Positions 1-12,649 of a stretch of 64,000 nucleotides of DNA are shown piece by piece. Every line of letters begins with the position of its first letter. Positions within the stretch are counted from its first letter, which is position 1. Source of the stretch: Octopus vulgaris (Eukaryota); the NCBI GenBank assembly GCA_951406725.2, contig OX597817.1, forward strand, positions 84,506,001-84,570,000, written 5' to 3'. Position numbers and translations under genes: made by a program. The notes below the pieces were generated by a model. It saw nothing but the letters and a program-made list of their open reading frames with translations. It was not told the DNA's origin and did not search any database.

Positions 1-845
1 AGGCCCTGGTGGATTCCCAGCAATCGTACTAAAGAAATGCAAAAGGGCTCTAGCAAGAACACTACAGATCCTTTTTCAAAGCTTCCTTGTAACTGAGAAA
101 CTTCCTAGAAAGTTAAAAGAAAACATATGTCCTATTCATAAAGGAGGTAGCAGCTTTGAAGCAAAACATTATAAGCATGTCCCTCTAACCTCACATGTCA
201 GCTACGTTATTGCAGGAGGAAGCTGATTAAGTTCCTTGATAATGACTTGTTCCCTGGCAACCAGCATAGCTTCTGCTCGAGAAGAAGTTGTCTTACATCT
301 TCTGCATCATTGACTGGGTGTTGAATTAACGAACCGCCCAAACGTGTGTGTGATATATCTCAATGTTGCAAAGGCCTTTGATAAGGTTGAACATAGAATG
401 GTATGTCACAAGATACGAAGACTCTGTATAGTTGGAAAACTTGGAGAGTGGTTACACGACTCCTTGAATTACAGAAACCAGATTGTGGTAGCCAATGGGA
501 CCCTCTTCAAGGAGACCGTAATAGCAAGTAGAATGCCCAGGGACGTATTTTGGGGTCGCTGCTGTTTATAGTGGCTCTTTCGGACATGTCATCAGTTACA
601 CAGACAGCCACATTTACTAGCTATCGTGACGACACATGCAGTCAAGGAACCTTTTGATGCTAATCTTCTACAGAAAGACCAAAATGCCATATAAAAATGG
701 GCTGAAGAAAGCAACATGCAATTTAATGCAGGTAAATTCCAAACCTCTGCTATCAGTTATCTTTGCACAACAAAGACACTTTGGACCAAAACGAGCAGCA
801 ATCCTAGAGTCAATTACAGTGCGTGATCTGAGGAATGATATCTGT
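1..845 (+). mobile_element. Decayed CR1/L2-type LINE reverse-transcriptase fragment
   Basis: Frames read GPGGFPAIVLKKC...CPIHKGGS...HYKHVPLTSHVS, NQHSFCSRRSCLT, IYLNVAKAFDKVEH (DFxKAFDKVxH), a degenerate GVPQG region and SYRDDT (YADDT); frameshifted. Confidence 0.85.
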
Positions 846-945
846 TGATGATACTACTGCTGCTGCTGTTGCTTCTTCTTCTTCTTCTTCTTCTTCTTCT
901 TCTTCTCCTCCTCCTCCTCCTCCTCCTCCTTCTTCATCTTCTTCC
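846..945. repeat. (CTG)/(CTT)/(CCT) compound microsatellite
   Basis: Directly visible. Confidence 0.9.
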
Positions 946-1194
946 AATCAAGACTCACGCCATTAACCACAAAGAATAATCTCTAATTCGAACCTACTCT
1001 AAGCTACAAAGAATGCGTGTGGCAACTTGAAGATCCACCCATCACACGCGATAGACTGGCGGTTGCACGGGCACGAAAGCTACGTTGTTATCCTCATTCC
1101 ATAAACGGTGGTTTTTTAACGGGTGGAGAGCTGAACCATCCTGGGGTACAGAGGATTCGCAATCTAAAAGTTTACCACACCATAGTGGGTTACA

Positions 1195-1387
1195 CCATGG
1201 TTCCTCTGCTTTGTGGCAGAAGTAGGAAGAAAGAGTGAGAGAAAGTTGTGGTGAAAGAGTACAGCGAGGTTCACCACCACCCGCTCGAGCTTCTTGGAGC
1301 TTAGGTATTTTTGCTCAATAAACACTCACAATGCTCGGTCTGGGAATCGAAACCGCGTTCTTACGACTGCGCCATTACGCCTCCACA
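1195..1387 (-). mobile_element. tRNA-derived SINE (same family as 12135-12453)
   Basis: Aligns by eye with 12255-12450; minus strand carries B-box GGTTTCGATTCC. Confidence 0.7.
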
Positions 1388-2020
1388 CTTGCAGCTGTTG
1401 CTGCTGTTACTGCTGTTACTTCTACTACTACTACTGTTAACCAGCTTTTATTATGTTAATCACTCAACACGAAAAGCGTTTTAATGAAATCAATAAATCT
1501 CAAATGTTCTACTAAAATATTCCAAAACCTACCAATAAGATCTCTCTAAATTATTAGTGACTATACAGAAAGTGTTATAAAGTATCACTGACCAGGCGAA
1601 AAGTGTTACAAATTATTAATAAACAGGTGAAAAATTTTTATGAATTATTTGTGATCGTGTAGAAAGTGTTATAAAGTGAGGGAAAGATTATATTTTTGAA
1701 AAAAAAATGAAAATGGACATGAACACAAACGATAAACTTGTGGTTAAATAGCAAAAATGGCTCGCATGAACTAAATAACTAGATGGATTTGAGAAATAAC
1801 TGGTCTTCCGGATAAAAATTGAAAAGGCCAGTTCTATCATAGTTTATTAAGTTACATTTAAGCATCAATGCATTAACCAAAACCTACGAGATTTATAATT
1901 TTGCTAACACGATATATGCACGAAATGTATAAAGTCATTTAGTAAAATTTATTAACAGAGAAGGCTAAAAATAAATCAGAGGCAAACTATGAACAAAATT
2001 AAAATCTTCCAATACTATCT

Positions 2021-2253
2021 TATTTCCTTATTGCCCACAATGGGCTAAACATGGAGGGGACAAACAAGAACAGACAAACGGATTAAGTCGATTACATCGA
2101 CCCCAGTGCATAACTGGTACTTAATTTATCGACCCCGAAAGATTGAAAGGCAAAATCAACGTCGTCGGAATTTGAACTCAGAACGTAGCCGGCAGACGAA
2201 ATACCGCTAAGCATTTCGCCCGGCGTGCTAACGATTCTGCCAACTCACCGCCT
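2021..2253 (-). mobile_element. tRNA-derived SINE family A, full length, with 17-bp target-site duplication (TSD)
   Basis: Minus strand GGCGGTGAGTTGGCAGAATCG...GAGTTCAAATTCC...CTTTCGGGGTCGATAAATTAAGTACCAG; ATCTTCCAATACTATCT at 2004-2020 and 2254-2270. Confidence 0.9.
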
Positions 2254-2614
2254 ATCTTCCAATACTATCTGGCGTACATGTGAAATATCATTTTTAATCT
2301 CTTCCTCTATCCTTTTTAAAAAGAGTTCATCATAGATTGAGTGTAGCTCCTATGTATCGTTAAAAAAACACGAGAAAAAGCATCCTAACAAAGTCTAATT
2401 TCAGAAACGTAGATACTTTAAGTGAGATAGGTCCTAATTAACAATTAGATCTTGGATATTTTTAATAATGAAATTAGAAAATCTGCGAACCTATTTTATT
2501 CAAAAGAGCACACATCACTTATGGTTTCATGAACACCAAAACTAAAAAAAAACTATATACATTATTTACATTAATTACATTTGACGGATATTTGTCCTCA
2601 TCTTGTTTGTTGTT

Positions 2615-2660
2615 AACGCAACGTTTCGGCTGATATACCCTCCAGCCTTCAACAGGTGCC
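2615..2660 (-). ncRNA. Minimal type I hammerhead ribozyme, core-mutated copy (CUGUUGA)
   Basis: Minus strand GGCAC CTGTTGA A GGCTG-gagggtatat-CAGCC GAAA CGTT GCGTT. Confidence 0.55.
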
Positions 2661-2775
2661 TTGGGGAAATTTCGAACCTGGGTTCTCATTCCAAAGGTAT
2701 TTTTTCGATGTTGTTATTATTATTATTAATATTATTATTATTATTATTATTATTATCATTATTAATATTATTATT

Positions 2776-3330
2776 GAGTGAGAGAGTAGTGCATGCCATC
2801 AAAGTGACACTGGCGTAAAATATACGAAGCCCAGTATACCCATCATGACTACTCGTCTGATAAGGGTACACCAGACACATGCATCACAACCATATGTGCG
2901 TAACATGGTGATCTCATATCAGGATAAACAGCGCATGACCTTGCAGGTGGGGCCAAGTTAGAATTTTCTTCAGGTCGAGTAACCCATCCCGCTCAAAAGG
3001 TCCCTGAATAAGGGTTGTTTAAGGATGTTGAACGAAACACCCATGTTTCCAAAGGTGAATTATCCAAACCTCTAAGAATTCCTTTCAACACTCGGTTATG
3101 ATACTCCCCCACTACTTCTGCGCGTGATCAGAGATGCACATATTGTCGCCACCAAGGGACATGCTCAACTGGTTAAGGTCAAACAACTGACAAGCAAATA
3201 TGTAGTATTGAGCAGAATATTTGCTGTAGCCCATCTTTTATATTAAGACAAAACAATATACATGATAACACTTCCAATCAGTTAAGATCAGAAGCCATGA
3301 GAGCCACTGTCTGGTACTGCATCAGGGCAT
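2776..3330. mobile_element. Unclassified ~555-bp interspersed repeat inserted in a (TAT)n tract
   Basis: Higher-GC block bounded on both sides by (TAT)n; absent from the mirror arm. Confidence 0.5.
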
Positions 3331-3367
3331 TTATTATTATTATTTATTATTATTATCATCATCATCA

Positions 3368-3611
<244 letters not shown>

Positions 3612-3635
3612 ATAATAATAATAATAATAATAATA

Positions 3636-3915
3636 CAAAGACCTACAAATAGAGGTAACCCGAATGTGGAATCTAAAAACAGAAACAATTCCTATGATAG
3701 TAGGCGCATTAGGTATGATAAAAAATATTCAGACAAATACATAACAAAAACACCAGAAAATTGCACTACTGGGCACTGCACACATCCTACGCAAAATACT
3801 TTCAGTGCAGTAACCATAAGAGCATCACAACAAACCACAGCACATACCCAAGGCACACAGAGCTGAGCTCGGTAGTGAGGTGAAAGCACGATATAAAAAT
3901 AAAACTACTGGATAA
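3636..3915 (+). mobile_element. R4/Dong-type LINE 3' end inserted in (AAT)n
   Basis: KDLQIEVTRMWNLKTETIPMIVGALG...KIALLGTAHILRKILSVQ*, then 3' UTR and (TAA)n tail; same family as 63698-64000. Confidence 0.85.
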
Positions 3916-3930
3916 TAATAATAATAACAA

Positions 3931-3989
<59 letters not shown>

Positions 3990-4040
3990 ACATCGAAAAA
4001 TACCTTAGGAATGAGAACCCAGGTTCGAAATTTCCTCCAA

Positions 4041-4086
4041 GACACCTGATGAAGGCTGGAGGATATATCAACCGAAACGTTGTGTT
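4041..4086 (+). ncRNA. Minimal type I hammerhead ribozyme (Penelope-type, palindromic stem III)
   Basis: GACAC CTGATGA A GGCTG-gaggatatat-CAACC GAAA CG TT|GTGTT; stem I GACAC/GTGTT; ACGT palindrome. Confidence 0.65.
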
Positions 4087-4639
4087 AACAAGAAGATGAG
4101 GACAAATATCCGTCAAATGTAAATAATATAAATAATGTACATAATTCCTCATCTCTTAAATATTGAACTGTCTAAAAAAACTATACTAGTTAATTATGTT
4201 TGACATCGTTGACTTTTAACCGTCTGTCTAAAAGACATTTTATCTGAAAATTATGATGTTGTAGATACGTCACCATCAACGAAGATGCTTTTGAAATGCA
4301 AGGAAATCGCTATTTTTCGAGATGATTCCACCTGAATAAAGAAAAGTGTCAAGAATCCTTTCGATATTAAACTTCATAGTTTCAGTTAAGCCGTTTTGTG
4401 TCAATTGATGGGATTATATATTATTGATAAGTTAGAAAGTAGATTCAGTATTGAACAGATAGGCTCAGTATTGAATAGTATTGAACAGACTCATGGTTTA
4501 TATATGAAGTACAAAAAATATGGTTTTATAAATCAAATAAGTTCTTTTTAAAAAAAGGGTGATTCAAACTCTCAAGGACTTCGACCTTGATATATCAATA
4601 ACAACAAACTCGTGAGGATTATATTTCATCCCTTTGAGC

Positions 4640-4673
<34 letters not shown>

Positions 4674-6217
4674 AGAGCTCACAATTTTATTGTAAACTAG
4701 ACAGGTTATAAAGAAAACTCACACTAACCATCTTAAAATTGTACTGAGAACATATGTATAAAAATTTCTAAAATCTTTGATCAGAAAAATAAGTTTTCTA
4801 ATTAGAGAAAATATATAACGGTACCTTAATGAATATAATACTTAAATTTCTACCTAGGTAAGTATTACAGCTTGGTTTTATCTGCCATACAATAAATATG
4901 TAAAAGTAAGAACTGCGTGAAATTTTCTAACTCGATTTAATAAACATTTCCCAGTTGTACAAATTATTTAATGACAACGTAAATATAAGTTTCCGGCGCA
5001 TTTCGAATAAGGAAATCAGAGTAATAGAAGAAGAGACCACCTCAGATCTAAATGCAATTGTACAATTTAGAACCACTGACCACACAAATACGACAGTTAT
5101 TATTATGTTATAGTGCTAACAGCCAACAGTATATCAGGAAGTTATTAAATACTCAGGAAAGACACTTTTAAAAATCGATATTCAGAACAATCCAGCTCCT
5201 TCTGAAACACGTGATAAGAATATGGTGACTTTGTCATAGCATAAATGATCATTAAATGAGGAAAAGAAAATGATATTTATATAAAACTGTCCTACATAAA
5301 GCCTGCCAAAGTTTATACTACAAGTAGGAAGACATATAAACTACAGTTCTTGGCATAAAATACCATATTTTGATACAAAATTACTTCGTAACAACATTAA
5401 TATTGAAGTGCAACATAAAAATACATATTGCCTGAAGAATTCCAAACTACAATGACAGCCGTTAATTTTAGAATCAATCAGGAAGAAATGCAAGAAACAA
5501 AAGTAGATCACAGGACAAACGCGTTCCATTAGCTTCAACACAGTCCATTCTTTTATTCTTTTCTGCCTTCTTTTTCCTTTTCTTATTGGATTTAATCAAT
5601 GGAAGATACCCTGCTGAAGGCACCGTCTTTCAAACTTTTAGTCGTTTATATCAAACCCATCACTATTTTGTCTTGAGCGTCTGCTTTCGATCTTATAAGA
5701 TGCGAAATACAACAGATCGTTATCGCAAGGGACATATATCAAATCACGAGATATTCCTCGTCAAACATACAGGTTTCAGTTCCCACCGACAACTTGATAA
5801 AACCTTTGCAAGTATACATAATGCGTATACATATAAATGTGTATGTGTGCGTGCCTGTGTGTGTATGCATGTATGCATGCAAAATAACCGTTCTAGGGTT
5901 GTAGGTTAGACCAAATCAGTGTGATTGAATCGGTGAGATCAAATTATGTATATATGTGAATAAATATACATATTATGAAAATTATTACTAATAAAAAATA
6001 ATATGAGTGTCTAGCAAGCATAAAATAACCATAAAGGTAAAATTATTAATTTATAATCAGGGTACAAGGTAGTACACAGCATTTACTAGAAATAATAGTC
6101 AAAACGGCTCAAAAACCATAGTTATCACTTATACACACTAGTGAATTCGAGGAAACGAGTAAATATAAAGCCAGCTTACCAAATAGCGATTACAAATCGC
6201 AAATGAATTTGCAGACG

Positions 6218-6275
6218 TACTCATATCACTTGATATCGGACCCTGTGGTAAACATTTTGTTTTCATCAGTGAGTA
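6218..6275 (-). ncRNA. Type I hammerhead, degenerate (GAAA to GATA)
   Basis: TACTCA CTGATGA ...GGGTCC GATA TCA-AG-TGA TA|TGAGTA. Confidence 0.6.
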
Positions 6276-6620
6276 TTACAGCCGAGGGCTAAAAGTACTC
6301 GCGCCACCATGTGTGTATTGACTGTTTGAAAGCAGCGGCAAATTTAAAATGATCGAAGTGAATATAATTTTTAAAATAAAGATATTATTATTAATAAGAA
6401 GTAATATAAGTGGCTAGCAAGCATAAAATAACCATACAGGTAAAATTATCAATTTATAATCAGGGTACAAGATAGTACACAGCATTACTAGAAATAAGAG
6501 TCAAAACGGCTCAAAAACCAGAGCTTTCACTTATATACAGTGGCGAATTCGAGGAAACGAGTAAATATAAAGCCAACTTACCAAATAGCAAATTAAAAAT
6601 CGCAAATGGATTTGCAGGTG

Positions 6621-6674
6621 TACTTATATTACCTGATTTCGGACCCTGTGGTAAACAGTCTTCATCAGTGAGTA
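6621..6674 (-). ncRNA. Type I hammerhead, core intact
   Basis: TACTCA CTGATGA AGAC-tgtttaccacagg-GTCC GAAA TCA-GG-TAA TA|TAAGTA. Confidence 0.65.
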
Positions 6675-6900
6675 TTACTATGGAACCCGAAGGTTCCATT
6701 CATCGTTGGATACCTTTGGCTACTACTGGAGTTGTGGATTACATAACAACAGTGAACTTCCCTTCATCGGTACATTCTGTACTATGATTAAGGATTACTT
6801 GATGGGCTGTCTTGTAATATTCTGTGTAGCCAATTCGTGGCGTGCTTCATTTTGGCATACATCGATTATTCAGGGATCCCCCTATTATCAAAGTTATATA

Positions 6901-8439
6901 CACCTTGTCTGAAGATATTATGCAAATCGTTTTTTTTTAATAAAATGAATGTACATGTACATAGGAAGCTGAAATTTTAGGATGTTGGTATAAATGTTCT
7001 TTCTTAATTGTGGCTAAAGTTTGACATACATCTGATCTGTTTTCGTGGTAATTGAGCATTTACTGAAATTGGCTGTCTGAAGTTATTATGCAACTGTTGG
7101 AATTTATATTTTTACAGTGTTAATAATACGTTTTTGTTATTTTGCAGGTCATGATATAATCATGGGTAAAAAGAAAGATATTACAGCGTCTGAAAAGCAG
7201 AAAATAACTAAGCTTTTAAATGATGGCATGACCTCTTTGAACATTTTGAAGTAGCTTGGCCGGGATCATCGAACAATCAAGAAAGCAACTGAAGATATAA
7301 CAAAAAAACAGGAAACCAAGATCTGAAAAGGGGTTCAAGAACTTGTCCACGAGAAATAAACGTCAGCAGAAACGCATCGTCGCTAAAAACTCACTACTCA
7401 GTAGTGACAAGGTATTTAATATGGCTGGGATTGTTGGAGTAAAGAGAAACAAAAGGTGTTGAGTCCTTCATGGCATTTGTTCTGTGAAAAAATCTCCTCG
7501 TCAGCCTCCTATATCCCCAACTAATATTGATAAACGTCTAAAGTGGACAAGAATATACTTTAAAACATTTCAGAAATGTCGTATTCACAGACGAATCGCG
7601 CGTCATATTAGATGGTCCAGATGGATGAGCTAAAGGATGGGTTCTGTCAGACCAAGATGCTCCTATGACGAGAGGACGGCAACAAGGAGGTTGTGGTGTA
7701 ATGATATGGGCAGATATTGTTAATAGAACCATCATTTGACCATCATTTGACGAAGGTGTAAAACTCAACAGTACAAATTATTGTGAATTTTTGGATCAAA
7801 CTTTCTTTGAATGGTACAAGCGTCAGCCTCACAGTTTCAAATTAAAGTGTATGTTTATGCATGACAATGCTCCATCATATGCTTCTCGCTTAACTCGTGA
7901 GTTTCTTGAGCGCAAACGATTTGCTGAAGACAAAATAATGGGGTGGCCACCCTCAAGCCCTGACTTGAACCCAACAGAAAACCTCTGGTCAATCGTCAAA
8001 CAGAAACTCTATGAAGGAGATAAACAGTAGGTAGAACTGTGGGATGCTATACAAAGTATTACAGCTGCAACAAATTCGATGGACAACAGATTAGTAACGT
8101 TGATTGAAAAGAAAGGTCGTTATATCAGCATGTAAATTGTTTCAGCTACATATAAAAATATTGTTCTTTGAATTAGTAAAAATTTCATGATGGGTTCATA
8201 TATTTTAATTGTCCTGATCCGCAGAGCAAATAACAATTCCAGCATTTGCATAATAACTTCAGACAGCCAATTTCAGTAAATGCTCAATTACTAACGAAAG
8301 CAGATTGGATCTATGTCAAATTTTAGCCACAATTAAGAAAGAGCATTTGTACCCACATCCTAAAATTTCAGCTTCCTATGTACGTGTACATTCACTTTAT
8401 TAAAAAATAAAACCGATTTGTATATCTTCAGACAAGGTC
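6901..8439 (+). mobile_element. Tc1-like DNA transposon, DD37E type, with ~200-bp IR/DR terminal inverted repeats (TIRs)
   Basis: 6901-7104 is the inverse of 8235-8439; internal direct repeat TGTCTGAAG(A/T)TATTATGCAA; TA at the left end. Confidence 0.92.
7162..8135 (+). pseudogene. Tc1 transposase pseudogene
   Basis: MGKKKDIT...; FTDESRVILDGPDG*AKGW; FMHDNAP; WPPSSPDLNPTENLW; 37 aa between second D and E; several stops and frameshifts. Confidence 0.92.
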
Positions 8440-8851
8440 TTTACTCTTTTTACTTGTTTCAGTCATTTGACTGCGGCCATGCTGGAGCACCACCTTTGAT
8501 CGAGCAACTCAACCACGGGACTTATTCTTTGTAAGCACAGTACTTATTCTATCGGTTTCTTTTGCCGAACCGCTAAGTATCGGGGACATAAACACACCAG
8601 CAACGGTTGTCAAGCAATACTAGGGGGACAAACACAGACACACAAACACACACGCACATATATATATATATATATACACATATATACGACGGGCTTCTTT
8701 CAGTTTCCGTCTACCAAATTCACTCACAAGGCTTTGGTCGGCCCGAGGTTATAGTAGAAGACACTTGCCCAAGGTGCCTCGCAGTGGGACTGAACCCGGA
8801 ACCATGTGGTTGGTAAGCAAGCTACTTACCACACAGCCACTCCTGCGCCTA
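8440..8851 (-). mobile_element. tRNA-derived SINE family B (CORE-like segment, internal microsatellite, TAAAAGA tail)
   Basis: Minus strand GGCGCAGGAGTGGCTGTGTGGTAAG...GGGTTCAGTCCC...CACCTTGGGCAAGTGTC; other copies at 37676-38075 and 57088-57530. Confidence 0.85.
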
Positions 8852-8854
8852 GGT

Positions 8855-9200
8855 GTATATATATATATATATTTCGGGATGGTCATTTAAAAAAAAAATG
8901 GCCATCCCGAAATATCTGCTTCAACACACGATTTCACATCAGGAATCTTACAATACAAATTCGTATATTTGTGTGTGTGTATGTTTGTGTGTGTGTGCGT
9001 GTGCTCGCGCGTGTGTATGCGTGTATAGATATAGGAATGAATATATATATACATTTATACATATATATATATACACACATATATATATACATGTACACAT
9101 TTCTACATATATACACACATACATATATATATACATGTACACAAGCACACATATATATACACATTTATGTTTATGCATATATGCATATACATATTTATAT
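8855..9200. repeat. (TA)/(TG)/(CA) microsatellite region
   Basis: Directly visible. Confidence 0.85.
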
Positions 9201-9834
9201 CGAGTCACTTGTGACCATTACTGGTAACATATAATCCAAACAACCTACTACATTATCGGTCGGTCGGCAACTAAACTGCTAACGCCAATAATCTGACTCA
9301 GTGAGAAGGTGGATTGGACACCCAGCGAGATGGAAAATAAAACCTGTCAACGGTCATCCACTACTGTGTACCCAAGCTTGGCCCTGTTATTTCTGACAAA
9401 GGCAGTGGTAGTCCCTGTCACAGTTATCGACAAACTATAATAATGACCTTGGTACGGAAAGCACAGTGGTCGCGCAGAAATTTGACACATACTCAACAAT
9501 GGGTATGCACAATTGGCTCATTCAACAGAGAACATGGGAATGAGAATGTAAACATGGTGTACCGCATTACTGGGAGTGAGCGACCCCCAACTCTTTTTAG
9601 GACATTACTCTAGGAGAAGGAAAACTCCTATGTAAAACCAACGACTCGATGAAAGCCAATGATGTTGACTAGTTCTTCTTTTTGAATTATCTGTAGCCGT
9701 TCTTCAGAGAGTGGGAGTGGTTGTGTGCAAGACTTCTCCTTATTTTAAAAAGCTCCATGCACAAGCATCGCTTGACGTACCGGCATTGTTATCTTACACT
9801 CGAGAAGGAGGAAGCGGTCACCTTATACGTGTAC

Positions 9835-9837
<3 letters not shown>

Positions 9838-9885
<48 letters not shown>

Positions 9886-9940
9886 ACATGTATGTATATG
9901 CATATGTATATACATATACATACCTGTGTATGTCTATATG

Positions 9941-10011
<71 letters not shown>
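9838..10011. repeat. (TA)n microsatellite
   Basis: Directly visible. Confidence 0.95.
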
Positions 10012-10013
<2 letters not shown>

Positions 10014-10710
10014 TCAAATGTATTACGAGGAGAGCAGGGCAAAAAGACGACGTGAAATTTTGCGTTAAACTTCGGAAGTCTACTACAGAGACATTGAGCA
10101 TGGGTCATGTGCAATGAAGCACGGGTACTTCAAAAGCGGAAGAACGTCCCTGGAGGGCGATGAGCGATCTGGAAGACCTGCCACGAGCGTCAACCCCGGA
10201 AATGTGGCATTGTGCACCGAGAATTCGTCGTCCAGGGCCAGACCGTCAATCGAGAGTTCTGCTGCAACGTTTTGAATCGTTTGAAAGAGGACAGTCGGTG
10301 GAGCGACCAGATCTGTGGAGCGCGACGAATTAGATTCTTCTCGACGACAATACACCCTGTCACCGAGTTCTCATCACGCGTGAGTTTCTCGCCAAAAACA
10401 TTGTTATCCACACCTGCCCTATTCGCCAGATTTAGCACCTGCGGATTTCCATCTCTTCCCCGAGTTGAAAATGCAGCTGAATGGTCACCGTTTTAATACC
10501 GTTGTGGAGATGCAGAACGAACTGCAGAAGGTTCTCGACTCGCTTACGGAAAACGACTTCCAGGCTGGATTCTAAAATTAGCAGTAACGTTGAGACCGGT
10601 TTATTGCTACGTAAGGTGACTACTTCGAAAGAGATGACGTTAAAACTTAAGCAAATAAGCTTTTTTTTTTATTAAACATAACCAGTACGGAAACTTTTTG
10701 ACCACCTCTA
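10012..10710 (+). mobile_element. Internally deleted mariner relic
   Basis: [17 protein letters not shown]; [17 protein letters not shown]; HREFVVQGQTVNREF; YSPDLAPADFHLFP; GDYFERD; TIR-like end near 10685-10710. Confidence 0.85.
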
Positions 10711-10714
10711 ATGG

Positions 10715-11205
10715 TCAATCCGATATTTGAACTGCTCATATGAAAGCAACATACCAAATATTTGAAAAGTTGAGCTACAGAGTGCAGTCAGATTACATAC
10801 AAATATTTCTATATAAATACTTTAAATATTACATACCTTGCAGCAAATATATACAAATGATACACACACAACAACGCTGTGACGTTACACATATAAAGGA
10901 ATAAGCCAAATAACGGTTAACAACAGTTCACAAAAACAAGAACACAGCTCAATATGTACGTTTAAATACAATTGTAGAATTAAAAACAACCCGAAGGGAA
11001 ATATTACCCAAGTTCTGAACAGCTTTAAATTTAATTCTGACAAAACTATCGAAAATTGTCTATTGTCTATTTTGAAAAACAAACAAACACAAATATCAGT
11101 GAAGAGACAAAATCATCATGGCTAAGTGTAGTCTCCTTCGACCAGTTCGTGACTGTATACACTGTATATACAATAAACTAACGCTATTAACAAAGATTCA
11201 TATGA
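10715..11205 (+). repeat. Copy 1 of a ~500-bp direct repeat (copy 2 at 12650-13440)
   Basis: Colinear alignment by eye. Confidence 0.8.
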
Positions 11206-11269
11206 AGAATATATATACAATCTTATCCCAGAAAGTTTGGTTTATGCAAAGGCTAAAAAATTGTGGAAT

Positions 11270-11520
11270 TCCAGACACCCAGAATTAGAATGAATATCTC
11301 AGGAGAGGAAAGAGAGTATGATCGTCAGAACTCTCAGCTGGCAACAAGCATCGCCCACAACACCTTTGCATAGTACCTGTCTACACGCCTACGTTTGGCC
11401 TTCTAAACTGACCTCAACAAGAACTCAATGAGACAAATGTTCAAACTTGCAGGCTGCCCAGTGTTACAGAAAGCTTCAACATCAATGGAGGTGTAGATAG
11501 GTTATACTTCCCACGCAAGG
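11270..11520 (+). mobile_element. R4/Dong-type LINE internal fragment
   Basis: ELSAGNKH..HNTFA.VPVYTPTFGLLN...FNINGGVDRLYFPRK, homologous to 34434-34811. Confidence 0.7.
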
Positions 11521-11529
11521 ATATACACA

Positions 11530-11720
11530 ACACTTTTAAATTATCTCTACAGATTTTCTATAGAATTTAGAGAACCACTACAAGTTACGTCATTTCACAT
11601 ACCTATTATCTAATTTTCTATATTCGATCGTATTATTTACACAAACGTATTCTTCGTAATTTTCAGTGCTGGCTCTAAATTCTATAGAAAATATGTAGAG
11701 AAAATCTTTAAGAAGTGATT
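11530..11720. repeat. Imperfect ~60-bp-arm inverted repeat (MITE-like); right arm repeated at ~12000-12135
   Basis: TTTTCTATAGAATTTAGAG ... CTCTAAATTCTATAGAAAA. Confidence 0.6.
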
Positions 11721-12134
11721 GACTCGCACTGCTAACACAAAAAGTAGGACACAGTATTGAATTATAAATCTTAAATATACTTGGTAATATATTATGGTTG
11801 CAAAACGAAATACAGTGTCCCTACCAGCAATTAATATGTATGTACTTATTCTCAGGAACATGATTGATATGTAAATTGGTCTATCCAATGGTGTTACTCC
11901 GCTAAACTTGGTGGTTAATTAAGGAAAGCGTTCGTGGGTGGTTAATGGGTTGGATAGTGCTGAAGAAGGAGCAATATCTCCTGAAATATAGATATACACT
12001 CATTACCTATTTTCTATCTTCGATCGCAATGTTTATGTAGACATATTCGTATACAAAATGTCGTAACTTTCAGTGTTGACTCTAAATTCAATAGAAATCC
12101 TGTAGATATAACTTAAAAGTGACTGAATCGCACT

Positions 12135-12453
12135 TCTTTCTTCTTCGCACCTTTCAAGCCTAGCCAGGCTCATGGACCCGGTTTCTCGGTTTCTGTGGCG
12201 TATGTGTTTCCCCCAACTGGACCTGACGCCAGTCCATCGCAGCGTTACTCAAAAAATAGGAAGAGAGAGAGTGAGAGAAAGTTGTGGCGAAAGAGTACAA
12301 CAGGGGTCGCCACCACCCCCTGCCGGAACCTCGTGGAACTTTTAAGTGTTTTCGCTCAATAAACACACACAACGCCCGGTCTGGGAATCGAAACCACGAT
12401 CCTCCGACCGCGAGTCCGCTGCCCAAACCACTGGGCCTTTGCGCCTCCATAAG
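12135..12453 (-). mobile_element. tRNA-derived SINE with TSD TGAATCGCACT
   Basis: Head TGGAGGCGCAAAGGCCCAGTGG...GGTTTCGATTCC; TSD at 12124-12134 and 12454-12464. Confidence 0.85.
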
Positions 12454-12480
12454 TGAATCGCACTGCTGATGCAAAAAGTA

Positions 12481-12634
12481 ACATACATACATACATACAT
12501 ACATACATACATACATACATACATACATACATACATACATACATACATACATACATACATACATACATACATACATACATACATACATACATACATACAT
12601 ACATACATACATACATACATACATACATACATAC
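12481..12634. repeat. (ACAT)n microsatellite
   Basis: Directly visible. Confidence 0.97.
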
Positions 12635-12649
12635 AATGGTGACCGTTGT

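Larger units (their letters stand above)
5984..6679 (-). mobile_element. Tandem repeat (period ~403 bp) with one hammerhead per unit; retrozyme- or Penelope-terminal-repeat-like
   Basis: 5984-6280 aligns with 6385-6679; HHR motif on the minus strand in each. Confidence 0.75.

Noticed and set aside
9200-9800. Possible RTE-type LINE 5' UTR (CTAGGAGAAGGAAAACTC)
   Set aside because: A single short motif with no adjoining ORF.
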